DNA of 64,000 nucleotides, from NCBI GenBank assembly GCA_963848295.1, contig CAWKDB010000010.1, positions 4,704,001-4,768,000 of the forward strand, written 5' to 3'. A model generated the notes under the pieces. It was given only the letters and a program-made list of their open reading frames with translations. It was not told the DNA's origin and ran no database searches. The stretch's first letter is position 1. Each line of letters opens with the position of its first letter. The position numbers and the translations under genes are program-made. This document shows, in pieces, positions 19,177 to 32,076 of the stretch. The DNA is from an uncultured delta proteobacterium (GTDB taxonomy: Bacteria; Myxococcota_A; Polyangia; Haliangiales; Haliangiaceae).

Positions 19177-21232
19177 CCGGGTCGCCGCGCTCGCGCTCGT
19201 CGCGACCGCGTGCGGCGCGCCGCCGGTTCCTACGCCACCCGCGACGCCTTCGGCCCCCGCGGCTGCGCCGGCGGCTGCGCCCGCGCCCGCCCGCAGCGGC
19301 GTCGCGGTCGTCGCCGGCGATCCGCACAGCCGCGTCGTCAACGCGCCGCACACCGGGACGATCACGACGGTCGCGCTCGAGCCGCACGGGACCGCGGCGG
19401 TCACCGCCGATACCCAAGGCGGCGTCCGGCTGTGGCCCATGCTCGACGGCAGCGCGGAGCCGATCGTCGTCGACCTACCGCTGCCCCGCGAGCTCGCGCT
19501 CGCCGTGCGCGACCGCGGTTTCACCGTCGGCTTGATCGACCCCGGCCGCGAGCTCGCGATCGCGCGCCTCGACCACGCGGGTCGGCTGACCTCGCGGGTC
19601 AACCTCGGCGGCGATCCCAGCTGTCGCCAGATCGAGATGACCGACGCGGGGTTGCTCGCGTGGCGCGACGATCAGACGCTCACCCTGTTCGATGACGACG
19701 GCAAGCCGACGGCGCGGCTGCCGACCGAGCCGGGGCAACGGCTCACCGGGCTCGCGACCGGTGGCGGTCGCGCGATCGCGATCCTCGAGCTCGTCGATAA
19801 GGGCGCGACGGCGCGCCGCGCGCGCTGGATCGAGCTCGCTCCCAAGCTCGCATGGGGCGCGTGGGCATCGCCCGAGGGTGCGGTCGGCGATGACCCGGTG
19901 CTGTCCCCCGATGGCGAAGTGCTCGCGACGACCAGCGAGACACCATCGACGCTCGAGATCGTCGATACCCGCACGAGTACGAAGCTCGCGACGACTCCGC
20001 TCAACCGGGGCGTGACGCTCGCGTTCGCGAGCACGACCGAGCTCGGGATGTTCGGCGCGGACGGCACGCCGTCCTGGATCCCGGTGCCGACAAGATCCAC
20101 GCCTACCGTCGAGGAGTCGAAACCCCGGCCGGCCAGCGAGACACCGCCCCCGGACCCTGGTGACCGCGTCCCGGTGCCAATGGCCGCCGCGAGCGGGCGG
20201 ATCGTGCTCGGCGGCGGCGCCGATCTCGAGCTCGTCACGCCGCTCAAGACGCAGTATCTCGGCTACGCGATCTCGAGCATCGAGGGCGCGGTGCCCGGTA
20301 GCGACGGGAGCTTGCTCGTCGCGAGCGGCGACGAGCTCGCCCTGCTCGATCGCGACCTGGTCGCGAAATCGGCGATCCCGTTCCATCCTGCCGCGCAGCT
20401 CGATGTCGCGGCGATGTCGTGGCTCGGCGGGAACGACTGGTTGATCTCGGTGATCAGCCAGGTGAACGGCGACGTGCTGCCGTCGATCGTCGACCTCGCG
20501 ACCGGGAGCTCGAAGCGCGCGACGCTGCCCGGCCACGGCGTCGGCTTCGTCGACTACGAGCCAGGCACGCAGATCCTATCGATCGCGACCGACAAGTCCG
20601 TCGAGATCGAGCACTTCAACGCCGAGACCCAAGTCCTCGAGAAGGTCGCGTCGTTGCCGATCACGCTGTACGACCCGGTGCTGACGATGCCGACCGCGCC
20701 CGACCGCGCACACGGCAGCGAGCTCGTCTCGGCGGCGACCCGCGATCACATCAAGCTGTCGTGGATTCCGGATCGAGCGCATCCCGATCGGGCGTCGGCA
20801 ACGATCAGCGTCGATGGCTCGTTCATCGCTTCGGATCCGGTCGGTCGGGTCTACGTCTGGCGCGCGAAACCCGACAACACGTACATGCTCGATATCTTCG
20901 ACCAGGGCAAGCGGTTCGCATCGCTGCCGTTTGCCACGCCGGTCGAGATCAAACCGGATCGTGCGGGCCAACACATCGCGACGTCCGGCTCGAGCGGGAT
21001 CACGCTGATCGATCTCGACGGCAAGGTGCGCTGGACGACACCGCTCCTCGGCGCGCGCAGCCTCGAATGGCTGAGCGACGGCTCGCTCGCGGCGATCTAC
21101 CAGACCGGCGTCGTGCGGCTCGATCCGGCGACCGGGGCGATCGCAGCGCAGCGCTGCGGCTGGAAGTTCGGGCTACACGACAAACCGTCGCCGGCGACCG
21201 GCGAGATCGAATCGATGTGCGCTCGCAACTAG
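19166..21232 (+). CDS. Hypothetical lipoprotein, probable beta-propeller (paralog 2)
   Basis: Start MRTDRVAALALVATA-C overlaps the upstream stop; GVRLWPMLDG..EPIVV; C-terminal CGWKFGL..MC. Confidence 0.75.
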   Translation: MRTDRVAALALVATACGAPPVPTPPATPSAPAAAPAAAPAPARSGVAVVAGDPHSRVVNAPHTGTITTVALEPHGTAAVTADTQGGVRLWPMLDGSAEPIVVDLPLPRELALAVRDRGFTVGLIDPGRELAIARLDHAGRLTSRVNLGGDPSCRQIEMTDAGLLAWRDDQTLTLFDDDGKPTARLPTEPGQRLTGLATGGGRAIAILELVDKGATARRARWIELAPKLAWGAWASPEGAVGDDPVLSPDGEVLATTSETPSTLEIVDTRTSTKLATTPLNRGVTLAFASTTELGMFGADGTPSWIPVPTRSTPTVEESKPRPASETPPPDPGDRVPVPMAAASGRIVLGGGADLELVTPLKTQYLGYAISSIEGAVPGSDGSLLVASGDELALLDRDLVAKSAIPFHPAAQLDVAAMSWLGGNDWLISVISQVNGDVLPSIVDLATGSSKRATLPGHGVGFVDYEPGTQILSIATDKSVEIEHFNAETQVLEKVASLPITLYDPVLTMPTAPDRAHGSELVSAATRDHIKLSWIPDRAHPDRASATISVDGSFIASDPVGRVYVWRAKPDNTYMLDIFDQGKRFASLPFATPVEIKPDRAGQHIATSGSSGITLIDLDGKVRWTTPLLGARSLEWLSDGSLAAIYQTGVVRLDPATGAIAAQRCGWKFGLHDKPSPATGEIESMCARN

Positions 21233-21981
21233 AACGTCGCCGCTAGCGCCGCGCTCGCCTCGCCGGGGCCACGCCTCGCCAACTCGCAGTTGGCCGCGGG
21301 CCCAGCGTGCGTTCTTGCTCGGTGTACGCACGCGAGCTTCGCGCGGCTGCCTTGCGAGGGCGCCGCGGACCCGCTCCGGCGACGGCGCTGGCCGTGGCCG
21401 TTCCAGCGTCTTCGCGCGGCGACGCCGCTGCGCGGCGATCGCGCTGCGCGCGAGTGGGCGTGTTGACCGCGAGGCTGCGCGTCTCATCGCGCGCCTGCCG
21501 TCGCTTTCCGCGGCATCCCTCGCGGCGACGCCGCGCTCAGCGACGAGATCGCGAACGCCGGGCGCTCTGCGGTGGTTGAGGTGACCGTTGGCCGGATCGC
21601 CAGCGTCGACTTGGCGACCTGCTTCGTATTCGTATTCGTATTCGTATTCGACAATGACGGCTGTCGGCGCGGGTAACTGTTGAGAACGTTCGCCCGTCCC
21701 GTTCGCCCGCGATCTCGCCAACGCGCGGCGGGGCCAGCGAGGGCGTCCCCTTCAACCCGCGAGGGCTCGAAGCGATCGCGCCTTCGCGGAGGTCGTAGGC
21801 CGCCGGAGCGGTGTTTAAGGGGCCCCCGAGCGCTGGCCCAGCCGCGCGTCTCCATCCATCGCGCGCGATCGCGAGTGCACGGCGGGCGCCGGGCCAACTG
21901 CAAGCCGGCGAGCTGGGGCCCGGCGAGGCGAAGCGAGGCGGAGGCCGGCGGGCTAGAACGTCGCGGCTAGCGCCGCGCTCG
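21229..21981. mobile_element. Putative non-autonomous insertion (MITE-like) with a 29-bp flanking direct repeat and inverted arms
   Basis: CTAGAACGTCGC(C/G)GCTAGCGCCGCGCTCG at 21229-21257 and 21953-21981; imperfect inverted repeat 21255-21295 vs 21892-21931; no credible ORF inside. Confidence 0.55.
21623..21650. repeat. Hexamer microsatellite (TTCGTA)x4.7
   Basis: Read directly from the sequence; lies near the centre of the 21.2-22.0 kb element. Confidence 0.9.
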
Positions 21982-22411
21982 ACGCGAGCACGAAGCGAGT
22001 CGACGCGACATCACCGACCACGAGATAGCTGCCGAGCTCGACCGCGATCGCGAGCGGGCCGAAAAGATCGAGCGTCGTGCGCACGCCGCCACCGACGAGC
22101 GGCAGCGTGTGATCGAGATCGATGCCGGCATCGGCGTGCAGATCGATGTGCAAGCGCGGACGCGCCGCGGCAGCTTCGAACAAGAGGCCGCCGGTGAGCA
22201 GGCCGTGGTGACGCTTGTCCCAGCCGCGCCACGCGACGACCGCGCCGAACCGACTGTACGGGAATACGTCGGCCGAGACGTCGTAGCGGGTGCGGTCGCC
22301 GTCGTCGCCGGTGAGCAGGAACGTCGAGCTGAGATCGAGATCGCCGTGCAACGGCCGATCGGCGCGTGCGATCGACGCCGTCGCGAGCAGCGCGAACGCC
22401 GCCGCCTTCAC
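21953..22411 (-). CDS. Small secreted protein, possible outer-membrane beta-barrel
   Basis: The GTG overlaps the sctV stop (GTGA). Signal peptide VKAAAFALLATASIARA, amphipathic beta-strands and a C-terminal Phe (LAATF). Confidence 0.65.
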   Translation of the reverse strand: MKAAAFALLATASIARADRPLHGDLDLSSTFLLTGDDGDRTRYDVSADVFPYSRFGAVVAWRGWDKRHHGLLTGGLLFEAAAARPRLHIDLHADAGIDLDHTLPLVGGGVRTTLDLFGPLAIAVELGSYLVVGDVASTRFVLASSAALAATF

Positions 22412-24260
22412 GCGACTTCGATCCGGCCGGCGGTCGTCACCGCGGTGCCGGGCTGTAGCTCGTGCGCGGCGACGATCGCGATCTCGGGCAGCTCGGGCTC
22501 GAGCAACGCGCGCAGGTGGCGACGGACATCGCCGCTCGCGAGGATGACCGCAGGTCCGGTACCGAGCGTGCTGCGCACGGCTGCGATGATATCTCGGGCG
22601 ATCGCCGGCTCGAGCGCGAGGACGTGCCCGCCGTCGCGGCGATCGATCGCGCCGCGCACCGCATCTTCGATCATCCCGTCGATCGTGTAGACCGCGAGTT
22701 GCCCGCGCGGTGCCCAGCGCGCGCTGATCTGCCGGCGCAGCGAGCCGCGGATCTGCTCGATCAACGCAGGCGCGTCGCGCGCGGTGAAGCCACCGGGTGG
22801 AATCGGTGCGAGCGCGATCGCTTCGAGCACCGCGGTGAGATCGTCGAAAGGCACCTGCTCGCGTGCGAGGGCGCGGACGACATCGGCGAGCACGGCGAGC
22901 GAGATCGCACGCGGCACGATCTCGCGGACGAGCACCGGGGCGGTCGCGGCGGTGCGTTCGACGAGCGCCGCGACGCGGTCGATCCCGATCAATTCGGGTG
23001 CGATCAGCGCGAGCGGGCCGGGCAGGGCGGTGCGCAGCGCGGTGAGCGGATCGCCGCCGGCGAGCGATAGCCACGCGACTTGCGCGCCATCGAGCGCGAG
23101 CGCGACCTCATCGGCGGGCAGCGACGGGTCACTCGCGATCGCGAGCGGCGGTGGGGCGACGCCGGGAACGCCGGCGCGGAGCTCGCCGAGCACGGCATGG
23201 AGCTCGCCGGTGCGGCTCGCGAGCTTGCCGTAGATCGCCGACGACAAGCGCAGCTCGAGCCGCATACCGCGGACGGCGAGCGCTCCGGGCTCGTCGAGAG
23301 CAGGGCGCGGCTTCGGCAGGCGGCGGGCCGCGACAAACGCGAACACCGCGGCGAGCCCGCCGAGCAGCACGAACGGAGCGAGCGGCAGCCCGGGCACGAG
23401 CCCTAACCCGACGAGCAGGATCGCGGCACCACCGAGCGCGCGGGGCTGGCCACCGAGCTGGACGCCGAGATCATCGCCGAGCGCGCGGTCGCCCGAGCTC
23501 GCGACCCGAGTGACGAGCAGGCCCGACGCGACCGCGACGATCAGCGACGGGATCTGCGCGACGAGGCCTTCGCCGATCGAGAGCAGCGAGTACGTGTGCA
23601 TCGCCTCGCCGGCGGACAGCCCGTGCATGCCGATGCCGATCACCAGGCCGCCGATCAAGTTGATGACGACGATCAGGATCGCCGCGATCGCGTCGCCCTT
23701 GACGAACCGCATCGCACCATCCATCGCACCGTAGAGCTGCGACTCGCGTTCGAGCGCGACGCGGCGGACGCGCGCGGTATCGGCGTCGATCGCACCTGCG
23801 CGCAGCTCGGCATCGATCGCCATCTGCTTGCCAGGCATCGCATCGAGCGCGAACCGCGCCGCGACCTCGGCGACGCGCTCCGAGCCGCGCGCCACGACGA
23901 CGAGCTGGACGATCGTGATGACCGCGAACACGACGAGGCCGACGACGAGGTTGCCGGCGACGACCGAAGAGCCGAACGCGTGCACGACCTCACCGGCATC
24001 GGCGTTGGCGAGGATCAGCCGCGTGACCGACACTTCGAGCCCGACGCGGAACAGCGTCGTGACGACGAGCAGCGTCGGGAACGACGAGAACGCGAGCGGG
24101 GTGGTCGTGAACAGCGCCGCCATCAACAGCGCGACCGCGATTCCGATGTTGAGCGTGAGCAACAGGTCGAGCAGCGGCGTCGGCAGCGGCACGATCAGCA
24201 TCGCGACGACGGCGAGGACGATCGCGGCGATCGCTACGTTCCACCCCGTCCCCCGCTGCG

Positions 24261-24264
<4 letters not shown>
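22408..24264 (-). CDS. sctV: Type III export-apparatus gate protein, FHIPEP family (SctV/FlhA), more SctV-like
   Basis: PLPTPLLDLL, FSSFPTLL, ERVAEVAARFALDAMPGKQMAIDAEL, YGAMDGAMRFVKGDAIA, GEGLVAQIPSL, C-terminal DVRRHLRALLE..IVAAHEL. Confidence 0.9.
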
Positions 24265-25235
<971 letters not shown>

Positions 25236-25306
25236 TATTGGTGATTAGGTCACGGTTCGCACGGATTGGTCAAACCCGCCCCGAGCGGCTACAATTTCGG
25301 TGCCGG

Positions 25307-26455
<1,149 letters not shown>

Positions 26456-26462
26456 TGCCGCG

Positions 26463-27419
26463 ATGCTCACCCGTCCAGCACTGGTCGCCAGCCTAGCGCT
26501 GGCTTGTTCGCTCGCCGTTGCCCCCGCTGCCCGCGCCGACAATCGCGCGTGGGCCGCGGCGAAGTCGGTGCTCCCCGGCGGCATGCTCGTCGTCGGCGGC
26601 GCGAATGTCACGAGCGTCCGGGCGAGCCCGTTGTTCCAGAAGGTGTGGCCGTCGCTGCTCGCGCAGTCCGGCGCGCCGGGGGATGCACTCGACGCGGTGA
26701 AGGCCACGTGCAAGGTCGACACCCTCGCCTCGATCGACTCGGTCGCGGTCGCGGTCGACGGCGCCGGCAAGGGTGCGTTCGTGATCGCGCTCAAAGGCCT
26801 CACTCAGCCCCAGGTCGAGGGTTGCTTGACGAAGCTCGCGGCGAGCAAGTCGGGGAAGCTGGCGATCGCACACGCCGGTCAAATGGCGACGTATAGCGGC
26901 GTCGGCGACAAGTCGTTCTCGGTCAAGTGGCTCGACAGGTCGACGTTCATGGTGACGACCGAGCCGGGCGACCCGAGCTCGTTCAAGGCGATGACCGCGG
27001 GCGGTCTGTCGAGGGACCCGGCGTTGGCCCCCGGGCTCGCGGCGGTGAAGACCAACGCGACGGCGTGGGCGGTGGTCAACAAGCAAGAAGACCTCGGCAC
27101 GATCAAAGGCAAGGTGGTGCTCGGCTATGGCGACGCGTCCGTCGCCTCGGGCACGGTTTCGGCGACGATCCACGTCGTGACCGACAGCGCCACGACCGCG
27201 ACCGCGGCTGCGAGCGAAGCGCGGAAGCAGATCGACGACGGCATGAAATCAGGCCAGGTCCCTCCGATGATGACCGGCCTCATGAAAGCGCTCGTGATCA
27301 AGACCGCCGGCAAGGAGCTCGTGGTCAGCGCGTCGATCACCGAGACCGACCTCGGGATGCTGATCGCGATGGTCACCGCCGGCCGCGGTAACGGTGCCAG
27401 CCCGCCGCCGACGCCCTGA
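26463..27419 (+). CDS. Hypothetical secreted protein
   Basis: Signal peptide MLTRPALVASLALACSLAVAPAARA; strong GC3 bias. Confidence 0.75.
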   Translation: MLTRPALVASLALACSLAVAPAARADNRAWAAAKSVLPGGMLVVGGANVTSVRASPLFQKVWPSLLAQSGAPGDALDAVKATCKVDTLASIDSVAVAVDGAGKGAFVIALKGLTQPQVEGCLTKLAASKSGKLAIAHAGQMATYSGVGDKSFSVKWLDRSTFMVTTEPGDPSSFKAMTAGGLSRDPALAPGLAAVKTNATAWAVVNKQEDLGTIKGKVVLGYGDASVASGTVSATIHVVTDSATTATAAASEARKQIDDGMKSGQVPPMMTGLMKALVIKTAGKELVVSASITETDLGMLIAMVTAGRGNGASPPPTP

Positions 27420-27455
27420 ATAGTCGTCGTCGCCGGGTCGTTCGATCTAAGACGT

Positions 27456-28712
27456 ATGGACAAGATCGTCGTCGAGAGCGGCGCGAAGCTGAGCGGCACC
27501 ATCCCGATCAGCGGCGCGAAGAACGCAGCCTTGCCGCTGCTCGCCGCCGCGTTGCTGCCGACGGGTGCGTCGACATTTCGCAACGTGCCCAAGCTCGCGG
27601 ACGTGCGTACGATGGCGAAGCTCCTGCGCATGCTCGGCTGGGATGTCGAAGGCGACAAGGTGCTCGTGATCGCGCCGCCGACCGGCAAGAAAAAGCCAAA
27701 GCTCGAGGCGCCGTACGATCTGGTCAAGACGATGCGCGCGAGCGTGCTCGTGCTCGGTCCACTCGTCGCGCGCTACGGCCGTGCGCGCGTGTCGATGCCC
27801 GGTGGGTGCGCGATCGGTGCCCGGCCGATCGATCAGCACTTGAAGGGCCTCGAGGCGATGGGCGCGAAGGTCACGCTCGATCACGGCTACGTCGATGTCG
27901 AGGCAAAGCGGCTGCGCGGCGCGACGATCGTGCTCGACATGCCGACCGTGACCGGTTGCGAGAACATCATGATGGCCGCGGCGCTCGCGAAGGGCCGCAC
28001 CGTGCTCGAGAACGCCGCGCGCGAGCCCGAGGTCGAAGAGCTCGCGCTCGTGCTCAACAAGATGGGCGCGAAGGTCCAGGGCGCAGGCACCGCGGTCATC
28101 ACGATCGACGGCGTCGACGAGCTCTATCCGATCGAGCACGCGATCATCCCCGATCGGATCGAAGCGGGCACGTTCGCGGTCGCCGCCGCGATGACGAAGG
28201 GCGACGTCTTGCTCGAGGGCGCGCGCCCCGAGCACATGGAGGCGATCATCGCGAAGCTGCGCGCGGCCGGTGCGCACGTCTCGGCCGAGGCAGGCGGGTT
28301 GCGCGTGCGCGGCGGCGACGTCAAGCCGGTCGACATCGTCACGCAACCCCATCCCGGCTTCCCGACCGACATGCAGGCGCAATTCATGGTCCTCGCGTGT
28401 CTCGCGAAGGGTCAATCCGTGATCAAAGAGATGATCTTCGAGAACCGCTACATGCACGTGCCCGAGCTCGGCCGGATGGGCGCGGACATCCACATCGATG
28501 GCCGCGTCGCGGTCGTCAGCGGCGGTGGCAAGCTGACCGGCGCGTCGGTGATGGCGACCGATCTGCGCGCGTCGGCGAGCCTCGTGCTTGCGGGCCTCGT
28601 CGCGCAGGGCAAGACCGAGGTGCAGCGCGTCTATCACCTCGACCGCGGCTACGAGACGATCGAGAAGAAGCTGCGCGGCGTCGGCGCGAAGATCCGCCGC
28701 GTGAAGTCATAG
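27456..28712 (+). CDS. murA: UDP-N-acetylglucosamine 1-carboxyvinyltransferase
   Basis: [69 protein letters not shown]. Confidence 0.98.
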   Translation: MDKIVVESGAKLSGTIPISGAKNAALPLLAAALLPTGASTFRNVPKLADVRTMAKLLRMLGWDVEGDKVLVIAPPTGKKKPKLEAPYDLVKTMRASVLVLGPLVARYGRARVSMPGGCAIGARPIDQHLKGLEAMGAKVTLDHGYVDVEAKRLRGATIVLDMPTVTGCENIMMAAALAKGRTVLENAAREPEVEELALVLNKMGAKVQGAGTAVITIDGVDELYPIEHAIIPDRIEAGTFAVAAAMTKGDVLLEGARPEHMEAIIAKLRAAGAHVSAEAGGLRVRGGDVKPVDIVTQPHPGFPTDMQAQFMVLACLAKGQSVIKEMIFENRYMHVPELGRMGADIHIDGRVAVVSGGGKLTGASVMATDLRASASLVLAGLVAQGKTEVQRVYHLDRGYETIEKKLRGVGAKIRRVKS

Positions 28713-28733
28713 GCAACTGCTAGACTGCTTGCG

Positions 28734-29366
28734 ATGGCGGATCCGGCGAAGCCGCGAGCGACCTATCAAGATCTCGTCGATGCGCCCGAGGGACACAAGG
28801 CCGAGCTCGTGAACGGCGACCTCGTGGTGTCGCCGCGACCCCGGAGCAGTCACGCGGTTGCGGCATCGCGGCTTGGATTCGCGCTCGGTCCGCCGTTCGA
28901 TCGCGGGCAGGGTGGGCCAGGTGGCTGGGTCATCCTCGGCGAACCCGAGCTTCACCTCGACGACCAGGTCCTGGTCCCTGATCTCGCAGGTTGGCGCGTC
29001 GAACGGATGCCCGTCATTCCCGAGGTGCCGGCGTTCACGGTCGCCCCGGATTGGATCTGCGAGGTGCTGTCGCCATCGACCACCGCGATTGATCGCGGGC
29101 GCAAGTTGCCGATCTACGCCGCGTTCGGCGTGAGCCACGCGTGGATCGTCGATCCTCACGCCCATCTGCTCGAGGTCTTCCGGCGCCATCAGCTGGCGTG
29201 GATTCTCGCCGGCGTGCACAGCGGTGAAGACCGTGTCCGCGCCGAGCCGTTCGACGCGATCGAGCTCGATCTCGGAGCGTTGTGGGCGAACATGGAGCCG
29301 CCACCGCCTACGCGAGGATCACGCGCGGGAGAGCCCGGCACCGAGTACGCTTACGACTATTACTAG
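28734..29366 (+). CDS. Uma2/DUF820-family PD-(D/E)xK endonuclease-like protein
   Basis: AELVNGDL..PRP, PDLAGWR, APDWICEVLSPST..DRGRKLPIYA..GVSHAWIVDP. Confidence 0.92.
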   Translation: MADPAKPRATYQDLVDAPEGHKAELVNGDLVVSPRPRSSHAVAASRLGFALGPPFDRGQGGPGGWVILGEPELHLDDQVLVPDLAGWRVERMPVIPEVPAFTVAPDWICEVLSPSTTAIDRGRKLPIYAAFGVSHAWIVDPHAHLLEVFRRHQLAWILAGVHSGEDRVRAEPFDAIELDLGALWANMEPPPPTRGSRAGEPGTEYAYDYY

Positions 29367-30005
29367 ATGAGGCCGATCATCATCGCGCTGCCGAAGGGCC
29401 GCATCCTCGACGAGCTCCGCGGCGTCTTGACCCGCGCCGGCTACGACATCTCGCCGGTGTTCGGCGATTCACGCGCGCTCGTCCACGACTGCGGGCCGCT
29501 GCGCGTGCTCGTGCTGCGCAACTCCGATGTCGCGACCTACGTCGCGCATGGCGCCGCGGATGTCGGCGTCGCCGGCAGCGACGTGCTCGACGAGGACGGC
29601 CGCACACTGTACGAGCCGCTCGATCTCGGCATCGGCCGGTGCCGGATGGTCGTCGCCGAGCGTGCCGATGCTCTGGTCGACGCTGGCGCCCAGGCGCATA
29701 TCCGCGTCGGCACGAAGTATCCGCGCACGACGCGCGCGTACCTCCAGCGCAAGGGCCTCACCGCCGAGATCATCCCGCTGTCGGGCGCGATCGAGCTCGG
29801 GCCGTTGACCGGCCTGTGCGAGCGCATCGTCGACATCACCCAGACCGGCGAGACGCTGCGCCAGAACGGGCTCGTCGAGGTCGACACCGTCGCGGACGTC
29901 TCGAGTCGACTCGTGGTCAACCCGGCCCGGCTCAAGCTCGATGGCGACCGGCTACGCGCGTTGATCGACGCCCTCGACCACGCCGTGACCGGGCAGAGCG
30001 TATAG
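29367..30005 (+). CDS. hisG: ATP phosphoribosyltransferase, short form (HisZ-dependent)
   Basis: [58 protein letters not shown]; 212 aa with no C-terminal regulatory domain. Confidence 0.95.
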   Translation: MRPIIIALPKGRILDELRGVLTRAGYDISPVFGDSRALVHDCGPLRVLVLRNSDVATYVAHGAADVGVAGSDVLDEDGRTLYEPLDLGIGRCRMVVAERADALVDAGAQAHIRVGTKYPRTTRAYLQRKGLTAEIIPLSGAIELGPLTGLCERIVDITQTGETLRQNGLVEVDTVADVSSRLVVNPARLKLDGDRLRALIDALDHAVTGQSV

Positions 30006-30017
30006 TATCTAGCCGCG

Positions 30018-30710
30018 GTGTCTTCCGATCTGCGTCCGTTCGTCGCCGAGGAGATCCGGCTGCACCCCAGGGTCGCGTACCAGGGCCTGCTGTCCGAGGA
30101 GGGCGCCGCCACGCGGGTCGCCGCCGCGCTGCCGCCGCTCACTCGGTTTCGCCACGAGTACGCGGGCGCGATCTCGGTCGTCGATTGGGATCACCGCCTG
30201 CCGTCGCAGAACCTCGTGCTCCGCATCTACGGCTACTACAGCGACGACACGCTCGAGGCCGGCCACGAGGCGGTCGACGATCGGCTCGAACAGATCGCCG
30301 AGCGCGACAAGTATCCGGAATTCGACGTCCCCGACTTCGACGGGCTCGCCGCCGACGAGGCCTACGAGATCGAGCTGTCGCCGAGCGGGCAGATCGGCCG
30401 GTGTCGGTTGACCTCGGCATGGCGCCGGACGGTCGCGAGCCGCGATGCCTCTGCCGCGGTCAACCTGGTCCAGGGTTGCGACGAGTACCAGAAGCTGGTC
30501 GCCGCCTCGCCGTCGCGACCGACGTATCTCGGTGATCTCGAAGCCGTCTCGTGGACTCCGCCATGCGAGACCGAGCACGAGCGGTGGACACTCGACGTCT
30601 GGTATCTGCTCGCGTTCGACGGCCGGATCGGCTCTGGCCGCAGCTTCTTGGCCGACCTCGAGACGAGGCAGATTGTCTCGGTCCGCGATTTTTCGGTTCG
30701 CACCGGCTGA
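30018..30710 (+). CDS. Hypothetical protein
   Basis: 230-aa ORF with strong GC3 bias, 12 bp after hisG. Confidence 0.75.
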   Translation: MSSDLRPFVAEEIRLHPRVAYQGLLSEEGAATRVAAALPPLTRFRHEYAGAISVVDWDHRLPSQNLVLRIYGYYSDDTLEAGHEAVDDRLEQIAERDKYPEFDVPDFDGLAADEAYEIELSPSGQIGRCRLTSAWRRTVASRDASAAVNLVQGCDEYQKLVAASPSRPTYLGDLEAVSWTPPCETEHERWTLDVWYLLAFDGRIGSGRSFLADLETRQIVSVRDFSVRTG

Positions 30711-30798
30711 GCTGTGCACGGCGATGCACAACAACTGCGTCAGGCGGTGTCATCGCCCGCGCGATCGAGTTGGCCGCCGGGGGCCTATTGTGCGGTCC

Positions 30799-32076
30799 AT
30801 GAAGTTCCGTCCGTCCATTTGGGTAGCGGTCCCTGCATTCGCCTTCGTGATCGCGTGCGGCCCATCGGCGCGAAATCCCAATGGCGGCGGCCCGGACGGA
30901 GGCAGTAACGGCAGCAACTGCGTCGACGAAGACGGCGATGGCTGGACGACCTGCGACGGCGACTGCTGCGACAACACGATGGAGTGCGCGAATCCCGCTC
31001 AGGTCAACCCGGGCGCGTACGACGTCCCCGGCGACGGGGCCGACAACGATTGCGACGGCCAGATCGATAACGCGGTCGCCGCTTGTGACACCGGCTTGTC
31101 GTCGGACTCGTCGACCGCGGCCGACTATGCGAAGGCGATCGACATCTGTCAGACGACGACGATGGATGACCCGATGAAGAAGTGGGGGCTGATCTCGGCG
31201 GTGTTCACGAAGGCGGACGGCTCGAGCCAACTCGACTCGGCGCAGTCGGTCCAGCACTCGATTCGCGCGCACTACGGCTCGAACGCGGCGATGAAGCCGC
31301 ACGCCGGCGCGAGCCTGATCGAGCTGTCGACCGGCAACGCGGCGGCGACCGGCGATACGAACCCGGGGCCCGACTTCGACGAGGACGGCGAGAACGGCGC
31401 GATGTCGGACTTCCCGGCCGACTTCTTGGCCGCGAACAACGGCACGCTGCCGAACGCTCCGGGCTGCGACCCGCCGGACCTCACCGGCGGCGCCGGCGAC
31501 CCGATCATGCTGACGCTGACGATCCGCGTTCCGACCAACGCGAGCTCGTTCTCGATGGACATCAACTTCTTCAGCTCGGAGTTCCCCGAGTGGACGTGCA
31601 CCGAGTTCAACGACTTCTTTGTCGTGCTGCTCGACTCGTCGTGGAACGGGATGCCGGCGAACCCGACCGACAAGAACCTCGCGCTCTACACCGCACCTGA
31701 CATGAAGACGTACCCGGTCGGCGTCAACCTCGCCGCGGGTAACACCGGCCTGTTCACGCAGTGCAAGAACGGCACGATCGGTTGCGACGGCGACGTGTCG
31801 AACCTCAAGATCAGCACGTGCAGCGGCACCGCCGATCTGACCGGCACCGGCATGGACGCGACCGACGACCTCGGCGGCGGCTGCTCGGGCGGCGACAACG
31901 AGATCGGCGGCGCGACCGGTTGGTTGACGACGAGCGGCAACGTCACGCCGGGCGAGATCATGAAGCTGCGCATCGCGATCTGGGATACCAGCGACGACGC
32001 GCTCGACTCGCTCGCGGTGATCGATAACTTCAAGTGGTCCGCGGCGCCATCGACCCCGGGCACGGTCATCGAGTAG
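30799..32076 (+). CDS. Cys/Asp-rich lipoprotein with a metal-binding repeat and a choice-of-anchor L-like domain
   Basis: Lipobox VIA-C; DEDGDGW..GDCCD..VNPGA..DNDCDGQID repeat; SSEFPEW..FNDFF; LRIAIWDTSD..LDS. Confidence 0.8.
   Translation: MKFRPSIWVAVPAFAFVIACGPSARNPNGGGPDGGSNGSNCVDEDGDGWTTCDGDCCDNTMECANPAQVNPGAYDVPGDGADNDCDGQIDNAVAACDTGLSSDSSTAADYAKAIDICQTTTMDDPMKKWGLISAVFTKADGSSQLDSAQSVQHSIRAHYGSNAAMKPHAGASLIELSTGNAAATGDTNPGPDFDEDGENGAMSDFPADFLAANNGTLPNAPGCDPPDLTGGAGDPIMLTLTIRVPTNASSFSMDINFFSSEFPEWTCTEFNDFFVVLLDSSWNGMPANPTDKNLALYTAPDMKTYPVGVNLAAGNTGLFTQCKNGTIGCDGDVSNLKISTCSGTADLTGTGMDATDDLGGGCSGGDNEIGGATGWLTTSGNVTPGEIMKLRIAIWDTSDDALDSLAVIDNFKWSAAPSTPGTVIE

Noticed and set aside
27456..28712. 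Fosfomycin-resistant MurA
   Set aside because: The active-site Cys is retained ([10 protein letters not shown]), not replaced by Asp.
28734..29366. Restriction-modification or anti-phage system
   Set aside because: A lone Uma2 gene with no DNA methyltransferase or defence neighbours; this family is commonly expanded in such genomes.
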